The notes under the pieces were generated by a model, which had not been told where the DNA came from, searched no databases, and worked only from the letters and a program-made list of their open reading frames with translations. A stretch of DNA of 64,000 nucleotides from positions 7,138 through 71,137 of the forward strand of contig JAGAPX010000023.1 in assembly GCA_017623055.1 (NCBI GenBank), written 5' to 3'. Every line of letters starts with the position of its first letter. Within the stretch, counting starts at the first letter, position 1. The DNA is from Phascolarctobacterium sp. Its GTDB lineage: Bacteria; Bacillota; Negativicutes; Acidaminococcales; Acidaminococcaceae. Below are positions 45,180-54,289 of the stretch, piece after piece. A program made the position numbers and the translations under genes.

Positions 45180-45728
45180 ATGACCTCTAAACTTCAAGAC
45201 CGGAAACCGACGCAAGTCGGCTTTCGGTCTTTTTTCAAAGTAAAGTTATATTTAAGTATTTTTATTTTGGTTGCAGTGGCTACATTTATATGGTACGCTA
45301 CTGCCATAGTTGTTTCTCTGAATCCTGAAGGGGAGAGAGAGCCAATTGCTTTTGACAGCAAAGTTGGCGATGTCTGGAATATTCGTTTTACTCATTCTGT
45401 TGAGAAAACACCATGGGAAGAATTCTTTACCGTAAATGGAGTTAATGATTTGACAATGACTCATACGCGGTTTGAATCTCTGGGTTGGGGATATCCTTAT
45501 TCGCCTAGTGATGGCAAGTTCAGCCAAACTGGGGACGGTAAGTTCCAGCTGGTTATGAACAGACCCTACAAACAGGTGGATTTGCGTATCGCTGAACAGG
45601 CAATGCCGTGTATAGTTCACTATAATGATGTTTATGATTTGTGTGCTTTGTTTGGTCATGGTAGTTTGGTACAGGTCAAGGCTGAATACCGCTATCAGTA
45701 TTGGCAAAGGAAGTACGATTTATTTTAA
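45180..45728 (+). CDS. DUF1850-like protein of TAXI-TRAP operons
   Basis: One N-terminal TM helix, then WNIRFTHSVEKTPWEEFF...FESLGWGYPY, matching my recollection of DUF1850. It sits in the typical position between the TAXI receptor and the fused permease. Confidence 0.65.
   Translation: MTSKLQDRKPTQVGFRSFFKVKLYLSIFILVAVATFIWYATAIVVSLNPEGEREPIAFDSKVGDVWNIRFTHSVEKTPWEEFFTVNGVNDLTMTHTRFESLGWGYPYSPSDGKFSQTGDGKFQLVMNRPYKQVDLRIAEQAMPCIVHYNDVYDLCALFGHGSLVQVKAEYRYQYWQRKYDLF
45198..45235 (+). terminator. strong terminator-like hairpin just after the solute-receptor gene, inside the first 19 codons of the DUF1850 ORF
   Basis: GACCGGAAACCGAC GCAA GTCGGCTTTCGGTC (14-bp stem with one mismatch and one G-U), followed by TTTTTT. 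Confidence 0.7.
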
Positions 45729-45750
45729 TTAATGGGAGGAGGCTGATACC

Positions 45751-47694
45751 ATGTCTGCTAAAGAAGTTAAAGAGCTTTCAGCAGAAGAGGTGTTGCAGAA
45801 ATATGATAAGGAATCTAATAAGCGTTCCATGACTGGTATGTGGGACTACTTTATTAAGGCAGTCTGCATCATTTTTGCTATTTTCCAATTATATACTGCA
45901 ACTTTTGGTGTATTGGACGCACATCTGCAACGTGCGGTGCATCTGGCATTCGGTTTTATTCTGATTTTCTTACTTTATCCTGGACGTGCAAGCTGGTCTA
46001 GAACCAAGATGCATCCCTTGGACATTCTCTTTGCAGTTGTCAGTGCGGCAAGTGCACTTTACATCGTAGTTAATTACCAAGAACTGGTACTGCGTGCTGG
46101 TATGAACAACGAAACTGACTTTATCGTTGGTATGGTTGGTACCTTTATGGTATTCGAGGCTGCTCGCCGCGTTGTAGGCTGGCCTATGATTACCGTAGCG
46201 TTCTTCTTTATGGTTTACGCGTTCTTTGGTCCTTATGTTCCCGGTATTTTAGCACACCGTGGCGTACAAGTCCAAGAAATGTTTGACCACCTGTTCTTCA
46301 CAACTGAAGGTATCTTTGGTACCCCGATGGGCGTATCTTCTACCTTTATTTATCTCTTCATTTTGTTTGGTGCGTATCTGGAAACCACCGGTCTTGGCAA
46401 ATTCTTCATTGATATTGCTAATGCAATCGCTGGTTGGGCTGCAGGCGGTCCTGCAAAAGTAGCAGTTTTGTCCTCTGGCTTGATGGGTACGGTATCCGGT
46501 TCTTCCGTAGGTAACGTAGCAGGTACTGGTGCGTTTACCATTCCCATGATGAAAAAATTAGGCTACCGTCCTGAATTTGCAGGCGCAGTAGAAGCAGCTG
46601 CTTCTACCGGTGGTCAGCTGATGCCTCCTGTAATGGGTGCAGCAGCATTCTTGATGGCTGAATTTGTAGGTGTTCCGTACTTTGACGTAGTAAAAGCAGC
46701 AGTTATTCCTGCACTGTTGTACTACATTGGCGTATGGCTGGGCGTACACTATGAAGCTAAAAAGTACGACTTAAAGGGCACTCCTCGCGAAGAACTTCCT
46801 AGCTTTAAGAAATTGTTTGTAGAAAAAGGTCACTTGGCTCTGCCTCTTATCGTAATCGTTTACCTGCTCGTAAGTGGTTTTACCCCGATGCGTGCGGCTT
46901 TGGCAGCAATCCTTTTGAGTATTGTTTGCGCAAGCTTGCGTGCTTCTACCCGCATTACCTTTAAACAAGGTGTACAAGGCTTGATTGATGGCTCTATGGG
47001 CGTGCTTGGCGTACTCATCGCTTGTGCTACCGCTGGTATCATCATCGGCGTAGTAACCAAAACTGGTGTAGGTCTGAAGGTAGCTACCGCATTGTTAGAC
47101 CTTTCTGGTGGCGCATTGCTTCCTGCAATGTTCTTCACTATGATTACTTCCTTGATTCTTGGTATGGGCGTTCCCACCACTGCTAACTATGTAATTACTT
47201 CCACCATTGCAGCTCCTGCATTGGTTCAAATGGGTGTTCCTGTTTTGGCAGCTCATATGTTTGCATTTTACTTTGGTATCGTAGCAGACGTAACTCCGCC
47301 TGTAGCCTTGGCTGCGTTCGCGGGCGCAGGTATCGCGGGTGCAAACCCCATGCGTACCGGTGTTAATGCTGCTAAACTGGCAATCGCTGCGTTCATCGTT
47401 CCGTACATCTTCGTACTGGCACCTGAACTTTTGATGATTAACGCAACTCCCTTAACCGTATTCTATAGCGGTTTGACCGCAGTAATCGGTATGTGGGGTG
47501 CTTCCATCGCGATGGTTGGCTTCTGCCAAAACCTACTTAACATTTTACAACGTGCAATGTTCTTCGTTGGCGGTATCTGCATGATTATCCCCGGTGAAAT
47601 CACTGACATCGTTGGTATTGGTATGATTGTAGCTGCGTTCTTCTGGCAAAAAACCAATAAAAACAAAGGTCCTATTACTCAACAAAACAAATAA
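45751..47694 (+). CDS. TRAP transporter fused permease (TAXI-associated 4TM/12TM type)
   Basis: 647-aa polytopic membrane protein directly downstream of the TAXI receptor and DUF1850 genes. Confidence 0.9.
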   Translation: MSAKEVKELSAEEVLQKYDKESNKRSMTGMWDYFIKAVCIIFAIFQLYTATFGVLDAHLQRAVHLAFGFILIFLLYPGRASWSRTKMHPLDILFAVVSAASALYIVVNYQELVLRAGMNNETDFIVGMVGTFMVFEAARRVVGWPMITVAFFFMVYAFFGPYVPGILAHRGVQVQEMFDHLFFTTEGIFGTPMGVSSTFIYLFILFGAYLETTGLGKFFIDIANAIAGWAAGGPAKVAVLSSGLMGTVSGSSVGNVAGTGAFTIPMMKKLGYRPEFAGAVEAAASTGGQLMPPVMGAAAFLMAEFVGVPYFDVVKAAVIPALLYYIGVWLGVHYEAKKYDLKGTPREELPSFKKLFVEKGHLALPLIVIVYLLVSGFTPMRAALAAILLSIVCASLRASTRITFKQGVQGLIDGSMGVLGVLIACATAGIIIGVVTKTGVGLKVATALLDLSGGALLPAMFFTMITSLILGMGVPTTANYVITSTIAAPALVQMGVPVLAAHMFAFYFGIVADVTPPVALAAFAGAGIAGANPMRTGVNAAKLAIAAFIVPYIFVLAPELLMINATPLTVFYSGLTAVIGMWGASIAMVGFCQNLLNILQRAMFFVGGICMIIPGEITDIVGIGMIVAAFFWQKTNKNKGPITQQNK

Positions 47695-47703
47695 GCTCTA
47701 AAG

Positions 47704-47738
47704 TAAAAAAAGCGGGCAGCTAAGCTGCTCGCTTTTTT
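47704..47738. terminator. bidirectional intrinsic terminator
   Basis: AAAAAAAGCGGGCAGC TAA GCTGCTCGCTTTTTT. It overlaps the stop codon of the minus-strand RHH gene. Confidence 0.8.
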
Positions 47739-47922
47739 ATATGTAGGGATCGTTTTTAGCATTGATATCTATACGTCCGCATTTACGCTCGTAATCGTCA
47801 ACGACCCATTTTAAAATTTGTTCAATCTCCCTGTTTAAGGAGCGACCATTATTCTTTGCAATGAACTTCATTTTTTCCATAATAACAGGGTGGATACGCA
47901 GGCTGAAACGAGCTTCGTCCAT
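47737..47922 (-). CDS. Arc/MetJ-type ribbon-helix-helix DNA-binding protein (stand-alone)
   Basis: MDEARFSLRIHPVIMEKMKFIAKNNGRSLNREIEQIL fits the Arc pattern (beta strand, then RSLNxEI helix). AAGGAG lies 8 nt upstream of ATG 47922. Confidence 0.65.
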   Translation of the reverse strand: MDEARFSLRIHPVIMEKMKFIAKNNGRSLNREIEQILKWVVDDYERKCGRIDINAKNDPYI

Positions 47923-48075
47923 ATAAATCTCTCCTTTTGACATCATCATAGTGCTACATTACTACCAACATTATAATTCTTGAACCTTTTTTACGCAAGT
48001 ATTCACAGTAAATTTAAGGAATTCCAGTGAATAATATGTTAAAATAAACAGGACAGTAAAATTTTGGAGGTATAT

Positions 48076-51000
48076 ATGCAATTAACAATAAATAAAATTT
48101 ATCACGGCTTCAAGGTTTTGCAAGCCGATTATGTAGAAGAAGTACATAGCCACGTGTATTTAATGGAGCATATCCAAAGTGGAGCACACCTTTTATATTT
48201 AGGTAACGATGATGATAACAAGGTCTTTTCCATTGCGTTTAGAACTCCTTCCCGTGATGATACTGGCGTCGCTCATATTCTGGAGCATTCTGCTTTGTGC
48301 GGGTCTAGAAAGTATCATTTGAAGGAACCCTTTGTAGAACTGGTTAAAGGTTCTTTAAACACCTTCCTCAATGCAATGACTTACCCTGATAAAACAATGT
48401 ATCCTGTTGCTAGTCGTAATGGTAAGGACTTCCGTAATTTAATGGACGTGTACCTTGATGCAGTGTTCTATCCCTTGATTTATGAAAACAAATTTACCCT
48501 GCGTCAAGAAGGTTGGCATTATAATCTTGCTGATGTTAATGATGAGCTTAGCTATAATGGCGTTGTATATAACGAAATGAAGGGCGTATATTCTTCTCCT
48601 GATGCATTGATGGAGAATGAAGCTATGAAAGCGTTGTTCCCGGATAGTCCTTATCGTTTTGAATCTGGTGGATATCCTGAATCGATTCCTCAACTTACTC
48701 AAGAAATGTTTGAGGACTTCCATAAAACTTATTATAGTCCTGAAAATTCCTACATCTACTTATATGGTGATATGGATATTGAAGCTGACTTAGCTTATTT
48801 AGACGAAGAATATCTTTCCAAGTTTACTAAGACTGGCAAGGTAGATTCCGTAATTCCTGTGCAGCCTGCTTATGCAAAAACCAAAGAGGTAGAAGCTTAT
48901 TACCCTGTGGATGCAGGAGAAGACTGTACTGCTAAAACTTACCACGAACTTTCCATCGTTGTAGGTAATGCTACTGATATTAAGACTACAATGGCATTAC
49001 GTTTGCTTGAAGGCGTCCTTTTAGAATCTGAATCTTCTCCCTTGCGTAGAGCACTTTTAAATGCGGGGGTAGGGCAGAACATTAGTGGTAGTTATGTTGG
49101 CAGCTTGTTACAGCCTATCTTTAGTATTAAAGCTTCTGGTAGCGAACCTGAACTGCGTGACAAATTCATTAGCGTCATTTATAAAACCTTGCAGGATATT
49201 ACAATCAATGGTTTAGATAAGAAGCTTTTAGAAGCAGCTTTAAACTCTACTGAATTTAAAATGCGTGAATCTGATTTTGGTGCGTATCCTAAAGGTTTGA
49301 TTTATGGCATTGGTGTAATGGATAACTGGCTTTATGACGGCAACCCAATTGAAGGCTTGCGTTATAATATTATCTTAAAAGAACTGCGTGACGGTTTGAA
49401 AACACGTTATTACGAGCAATTAATCGAAAATTATTTGCTTGATAACACTCATAAAGTAATTGTATCTTTGCTGCCTCAACCTGGTAAAGAAGAAGCAGAC
49501 CGCGCTTTAGAAGTAGAAAAAATGGCTAAGCTTAAGGCCACAATGAGCCAAGATGAGCTGGATACTTATGTTGCAGATTGTCATGAACTCCACCGTCGCC
49601 AGGCAGAGCCTGATAAACCGGAGGACTTAGCTTCTATTCCTATCTTAAAACGTAGTGACATTCGTCGCGAAATTGAAAAAATCACTGTTGAAGAAGAACA
49701 GATGGGTGAGAGCACCTTGCTCTATGTTCCTGCGGTTACTAATAAAATTGCTTACTTTAATTGGTACTTTGACATTACTGGTGTAGAAAGCAGACTCTTA
49801 CCATACTGCTATCTGCTTACTGATGTTTTAGGAAAGTTCAATACAGAGCGTTATACCTATGAAGAACTGGCAACTAATAGCATCATGTATACTGGTGGTA
49901 TCGCTTTTAATGCACGAGCTTTGTCCGATGTAAGCGATGCGGATGATTATAAAATCCAATTCTCTTTGAAAGCAAAAGCTTTGATGGAAAACCTGCCCAA
50001 GCTTTTTGACACTCTGCGTGCTGTAGCATTAGAAAGTAAGCTTGATGACGTAAAACGCTTCTACGAACTTTTGGCGGAAATCAAAACTGATTGGGATGGT
50101 AATTTCTTTAACCGTGGTCAAAACATTGCCATCTCTCGCCTGTATGGTTATTGCAGTGCTGCTGCTCGTGTAAATGAGCAAGACCATTTCTCCTACTATC
50201 AATTCTTGAAAAATCTGGTAGAAAACTTCGATGAGTTAGGGGAAGTAGCTTTAGCAGACTTACGTTACCTGCTCACAAAAGTATTCCAAAAAACTAAGTA
50301 CCTCTTTGCATATTCCTGCGATGAAGATTTAAAAGAAGAAGTACGCAAGTACGCTCTTGATTTTACAAATCTATTGCCCGAATCAGACATTGCGGGCAAA
50401 GCTCCTAATGTTCTTCCGTTAGGTGAGGTAGATGAAGCTATTACCACAGCTGGCAAAGTGCAGTACGTAGTTGCTGGTGGTAACTTTGCTAAACACGATC
50501 ACAAGTTTACCGGTGCAATGCGCGTGTTAGAAACAATCTTGCGTTACGAATACCTGTGGACCAAGATTCGCATTCAGGGCGGTGCGTATGGTGCGACCGC
50601 ACGTTTTGACAGCAATGGTTTGGGTATCTTTGCTTCCTATCGTGATCCTAAACTGGCTGAATCCTTCCAAGCATATTATGATTTGCCTGCGTGGTTAGAG
50701 AAAGAAGAGTTTTCTGCACGTGAGCTTGATAAATATGTAATTGGTACCATCAGTGGTATGGATACTCCTTTGACAAATACTATGCGTCTTGATACAGTAA
50801 CAACCTCTTGGCTTAAAAATATTACGGACGAACATCGTCAAAAATCTCGCAATGAAGTTTTGGATGTAACTAACGAAGACCTGCAAGCACTTGCTCCTGT
50901 TATTCGTGATATGCTTAGCGATGGTTATGTATGTGTAGTAGGTGGTAAGCAACCTATTGAAGCTAACGCTGAAAGATTTAATAAAATTATCAATGCATAA
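48076..51000 (+). CDS. M16C insulinase-family zinc metallopeptidase (PreP-like)
   Basis: HxxEH motif (HILEHSALCGS), NAMTYPDKT and YNEMKG motifs, about 975 aa. GGAGG lies 5 nt upstream of ATG 48076. Confidence 0.85.
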   Translation: MQLTINKIYHGFKVLQADYVEEVHSHVYLMEHIQSGAHLLYLGNDDDNKVFSIAFRTPSRDDTGVAHILEHSALCGSRKYHLKEPFVELVKGSLNTFLNAMTYPDKTMYPVASRNGKDFRNLMDVYLDAVFYPLIYENKFTLRQEGWHYNLADVNDELSYNGVVYNEMKGVYSSPDALMENEAMKALFPDSPYRFESGGYPESIPQLTQEMFEDFHKTYYSPENSYIYLYGDMDIEADLAYLDEEYLSKFTKTGKVDSVIPVQPAYAKTKEVEAYYPVDAGEDCTAKTYHELSIVVGNATDIKTTMALRLLEGVLLESESSPLRRALLNAGVGQNISGSYVGSLLQPIFSIKASGSEPELRDKFISVIYKTLQDITINGLDKKLLEAALNSTEFKMRESDFGAYPKGLIYGIGVMDNWLYDGNPIEGLRYNIILKELRDGLKTRYYEQLIENYLLDNTHKVIVSLLPQPGKEEADRALEVEKMAKLKATMSQDELDTYVADCHELHRRQAEPDKPEDLASIPILKRSDIRREIEKITVEEEQMGESTLLYVPAVTNKIAYFNWYFDITGVESRLLPYCYLLTDVLGKFNTERYTYEELATNSIMYTGGIAFNARALSDVSDADDYKIQFSLKAKALMENLPKLFDTLRAVALESKLDDVKRFYELLAEIKTDWDGNFFNRGQNIAISRLYGYCSAAARVNEQDHFSYYQFLKNLVENFDELGEVALADLRYLLTKVFQKTKYLFAYSCDEDLKEEVRKYALDFTNLLPESDIAGKAPNVLPLGEVDEAITTAGKVQYVVAGGNFAKHDHKFTGAMRVLETILRYEYLWTKIRIQGGAYGATARFDSNGLGIFASYRDPKLAESFQAYYDLPAWLEKEEFSARELDKYVIGTISGMDTPLTNTMRLDTVTTSWLKNITDEHRQKSRNEVLDVTNEDLQALAPVIRDMLSDGYVCVVGGKQPIEANAERFNKIINA

Positions 51001-51028
51001 AAAAATCCGCTCATAAGAGCGGATTTTT
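51001..51028. terminator. bidirectional intrinsic terminator
   Basis: AAAAATCCGCTC ATAA GAGCGGATTTTT sits between convergent genes. Confidence 0.8.
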
Positions 51029-51030
51029 CT

Positions 51031-52242
51031 TTATTTCAGAATATCTCTAACCTCAGGGAAGGGTGCTAGCGTTCTTTTGAGAATGCCATTGAGGTAGGCG
51101 ATGGCAATACCGTAATTAGTCATGGGTATATTTTGTAGATGAGCACATTTATTTCGGTACATTATTTCTCGTTCATTAAGCATGCAGCCACCACAGTGAA
51201 TAATCATTTTGTAATTATGTAAGTCAATGGGGAACTCATTGCCACTTGTAAATACAAATTTAGGTTCAGACTTGGTATGGTTACGAATCCAGTTAGGAAG
51301 CTTAACTGTACCAATATCATCACATTGACGATGGTGGGTGCAGCCTTCGCTAATAAGAACTATATCGTCATCTTGGATGGAGTCCAAAGCCTTAACACCA
51401 TTTATGGAATTTACCAATGCTCCCTTGTAACGTGCCATCAAAATAGAGAAAGAAGTAAGTTCAATATCTTCAGGTACAATTTTAGCTACCCTAGAGAATA
51501 CTTGGCTATCGGTAACTACCAAACGAGGCTTTTGGTTTAGTTTGGCTAAAGCATTTTCAAGTTCGTCAGGTTGTACTACGATGGCAATACCCTTATTATC
51601 AATAATGTTACGTATTACCAATTGTTGGGGGAGAATAAGTCTGCCTTTAGGTGCGGAACTGTCAATGGGGGTAACAAGAACAACTACATCATTAGGTTGC
51701 AGTAAATCCTCCAACATAACGTTAGGCTCGTCTTCTGGTAGTAGCTTGGCAAGTGCAGTCTTAAATTGGTAGATATTTTCGCCAGTAGCAGCACTTACGA
51801 GCATATAGGGAACATCAACCTTAATATTTTGACGTTCCTCGTCAGTAAGCAGTTCACTTTTATTAAAGGCTACGATTACTGGAACATTCTTTTCTTGAAT
51901 GAAAGCTAAAAGCTTTTCATCTTCTTCTGAAAGTCCGTAGATGCCATCCACAACTAAAATTGCAAGGTGGGTTTTATTCAAAATTTGGTATGCTCTTTGA
52001 ACGCGCATATTACCCAACTCACCCTCGTCATCAATACCAGGAGTATCTATTACCATTACAGGTCCTAAGGGCAAAAGTTCCATAGCTTTAAACACAGGGT
52101 CAGTGGTAGTTCCTTTCTGATCACTGACGATGGAAAGGTCCTGGCTGGTAATAGCATTAATCAAACTGGATTTACCAGCGTTACGTTTGCCGAAAATGCC
52201 AATATGTATTCTTTCCCCAGAGGGCGTGCAGTTCAAACTCAT
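51031..52242 (-). CDS. hydF: [FeFe]-hydrogenase H-cluster maturation GTPase HydF
   Basis: GTPase motifs (GKRNAGKSS, DTPG, NKSE) and the C-terminal cluster-binding CxH...HCxxC pattern (EGCTHHRQC, IHCGGCML). Confidence 0.85.
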   Translation of the reverse strand: MSLNCTPSGERIHIGIFGKRNAGKSSLINAITSQDLSIVSDQKGTTTDPVFKAMELLPLGPVMVIDTPGIDDEGELGNMRVQRAYQILNKTHLAILVVDGIYGLSEEDEKLLAFIQEKNVPVIVAFNKSELLTDEERQNIKVDVPYMLVSAATGENIYQFKTALAKLLPEDEPNVMLEDLLQPNDVVVLVTPIDSSAPKGRLILPQQLVIRNIIDNKGIAIVVQPDELENALAKLNQKPRLVVTDSQVFSRVAKIVPEDIELTSFSILMARYKGALVNSINGVKALDSIQDDDIVLISEGCTHHRQCDDIGTVKLPNWIRNHTKSEPKFVFTSGNEFPIDLHNYKMIIHCGGCMLNEREIMYRNKCAHLQNIPMTNYGIAIAYLNGILKRTLAPFPEVRDILK

Positions 52243-52373
52243 AATCTATTCCTCCTATTGAAAAATTTGCATTTGGAGTTATTATTTTTTCTTATATAAG
52301 TATATCAAAAAATGTGTGACATATGCACTAGTTTGCATATTGATGAATTTGTGAAAAATTTGTGTAACCATTA

Positions 52374-52403
52374 TTGACGCTGGCAACATTTACAAGTTAT
52401 ATT
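52374..52403 (+). promoter_or_regulatory. candidate promoter of the acetate-channel gene
   Basis: TTGACG (52374-52379), 18-nt spacer, TATATT (52398-52403). Confidence 0.45.
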
Positions 52404-52457
52404 ATACTATAACACAGTGTATTAGAAACACTGAAACCAAAATAAAGGAGGCGTATT

Positions 52458-53078
52458 ATGAGTACCAATAACTCTACGCAACATGTTCAAATTTCTTTAG
52501 CAGATCCCACTCCGTTAGGCCTGTTCGGTTTGGCTGTAGTAACTATGGTAGCATCTGCACAAAAAATGGGTATCGTATCCGACGTTTCTTGGGTACTTCC
52601 CTGGGCTTTATTCTGCGGTTCTTTTGCACAAATCTTGGCTGGCATTCTTGACTACTGCCACAAAAACATTTTTGGCGGCACCGTATTCTGTGGTTTCGGC
52701 TTCTTCTGGTCTGCAGTAGGTATGGCTTGGATGATTAAAGCAGGCACCTTCGGCGCTGGCTTGGCAAAAGGTATTGATCCGACTGCTCTTGGCTTCGGCT
52801 TCTTCGCTTATTTCTTGTTTGCGTGCATTGGTACCATTGCTGCGTCCTCTGCAAACTTGTTCCTGTTCACCGACATGGTATTGATTGACGTGCTCTTGAT
52901 TTGCTTGGCTCTGGATTCTTGGGGAATTGGCGGTCACACTCCGCACGCTATCGCTGCTTACTCTGAAATCTGCATTTCCTTATTGTCCTTGTATGGCTGC
53001 GGCGCTGCGTTCTTGAACAACTTCTATGGCAGAGAATTCTGGCCTTTGGGCAAACCGGTTAACAACTGGAAACAATAA
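52458..53078 (+). CDS. satP: GPR1/FUN34/YaaH-family acetate/succinate channel
   Basis: N-terminal ADPTPLGLFGLA signature, six TM helices, SD AAAGGAGG. Confidence 0.85.
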   Translation: MSTNNSTQHVQISLADPTPLGLFGLAVVTMVASAQKMGIVSDVSWVLPWALFCGSFAQILAGILDYCHKNIFGGTVFCGFGFFWSAVGMAWMIKAGTFGAGLAKGIDPTALGFGFFAYFLFACIGTIAASSANLFLFTDMVLIDVLLICLALDSWGIGGHTPHAIAAYSEICISLLSLYGCGAAFLNNFYGREFWPLGKPVNNWKQ

Positions 53079-53083
53079 TAAAT

Positions 53084-53116
53084 AAAAAAATCCGCTCATT
53101 AGAGCGGATTTTTTTA
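53084..53116. terminator. bidirectional intrinsic terminator, near-identical to the one at 51001-51028
   Basis: AAAAAAATCCGCTC ATTA GAGCGGATTTTTTT. Confidence 0.8.
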
Positions 53117-53124
53117 TTTACATA

Positions 53125-54180
53125 TTAAAATTCAACCAGTTCAAGTCTATCGTTGGGCAGATACTTGCGACCAGCCTTAGCGCAATCTTCACCGTTTACT
53201 TTTACGATGTCAGCAGTAAAGTTGATGTTGCCGTCAAAGAAGCTGGAACCAACAGCGTAGGTATCAGCAGGTACGCCAAGAGCTTCGAACTCTGCAACGC
53301 GTTCAGCAGTTAAGCCACCGGAAACGATAATCTTCACATAATTAAAGCCTTCTGCGTCGAGGGCATTGCGTACATTCCAAATAAGCTCTTTACATACGCC
53401 AGTAGGTTTGAACATACCCATTTGACCTAAGAGGCTCTTATCAACCATGGTACCGGAGGTATCAAGACGAACACCGGAAAGTTTTTTGCCAAGTTTACGG
53501 GCAACAGCGAGAGCAGTGTTAACGCAATCGTTGTCAAAGTCTACGAGAGCAATGCGAGCGATGCTAGGGTCAACGTATTTGTCGAAGGCAGCAGTAGCCG
53601 CAACAGTATCGCCGTGGTAAGTAGCAATGAGTGCGTGAGGAATAGTACCCAGGCCTCTGCCACCAGCTGCCAAAGCATTTGCATCAGTGGAGCAGCCAAT
53701 TACGCCGCCAATTTTAGCAGCGTAGCCATCGCTTTCTTGGGTTTGGTAAATGTCATAACGAGCAGGGAAGAAGAGTACGGGTTTACCGTTAGCTGCTTCC
53801 ACAACTTCACGTACATTGGTAGCAATACGGCTTTGACGAGCCAAGATGCCCAAGTACAAAGTTTCTAAATGAGAGAAGTCTGCCAAGTCACCTTCGATGG
53901 TCATGATGGTTTCCCAAGGAGCAACCTTGTCACCGTCATGCAAAGCGTGAATGGTAATATTTTCAGGGTTATGAGCGCAAGTTCTGATAAGGGCGATAAC
54001 TTCGTCGATACCACATACTACAACGTGCTCACGGGTAAACACCTGCATTAAAACGCGGGGATGGTGATTATCTCCGTTCAAAATTTCGATGGTGCGCATA
54101 AAATACGCATCACTGTAGTAGCCAGCTTTGATTTTGTCTACCGGAAAATGAAAATGTTCTACAGGTAATCTGTTTTTCAT
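53125..54180 (-). CDS. nicotinate phosphoribosyltransferase family protein
   Basis: 351 aa with the type II PRTase pattern (YYSDAYFMRT N-terminus, GTIPHALI, RLDTSG, VSGGL). Assignment by eye. Confidence 0.65.
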   Translation of the reverse strand: MKNRLPVEHFHFPVDKIKAGYYSDAYFMRTIEILNGDNHHPRVLMQVFTREHVVVCGIDEVIALIRTCAHNPENITIHALHDGDKVAPWETIMTIEGDLADFSHLETLYLGILARQSRIATNVREVVEAANGKPVLFFPARYDIYQTQESDGYAAKIGGVIGCSTDANALAAGGRGLGTIPHALIATYHGDTVAATAAFDKYVDPSIARIALVDFDNDCVNTALAVARKLGKKLSGVRLDTSGTMVDKSLLGQMGMFKPTGVCKELIWNVRNALDAEGFNYVKIIVSGGLTAERVAEFEALGVPADTYAVGSSFFDGNINFTADIVKVNGEDCAKAGRKYLPNDRLELVEF

Positions 54181-54222
54181 TTTACGCCCTCCAAAAATTT
54201 ATAGATAAACTAAATTAAAAAT

Positions 54223-54251
54223 ATGATACAATAAGAGCGTTTGATATTCAA
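54223..54251 (-). promoter_or_regulatory. candidate promoter of the NAPRTase gene
   Basis: Minus strand reads TTGAAT (54251-54246), 17-nt spacer, TATCAT (54228-54223). Confidence 0.4.
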
Positions 54252-54289
54252 GGCTTTTAGTAAAAAATACTAATAAAGGTTAGTTGCAA

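Noticed and set aside
44226-45215. 329-aa minus-strand ORF
   Set aside because: It is antisense to the well-supported TAXI receptor gene and has no motif support.
48030-48056. dif-like XerCD site (GTGAATAATATGTTAAAATAA)
   Set aside because: It resembles only part of the XerD arm (TTATGTTAAAT). It has no matching XerC arm and lacks the 11-6-11 dyad structure.
52346-52360. Second CodY box (AATTTGTGAAAAATT)
   Set aside because: It matches the consensus at only 11 of 15 positions, with the central C-W-G core lost. That is likely background in AT-rich intergenic DNA.
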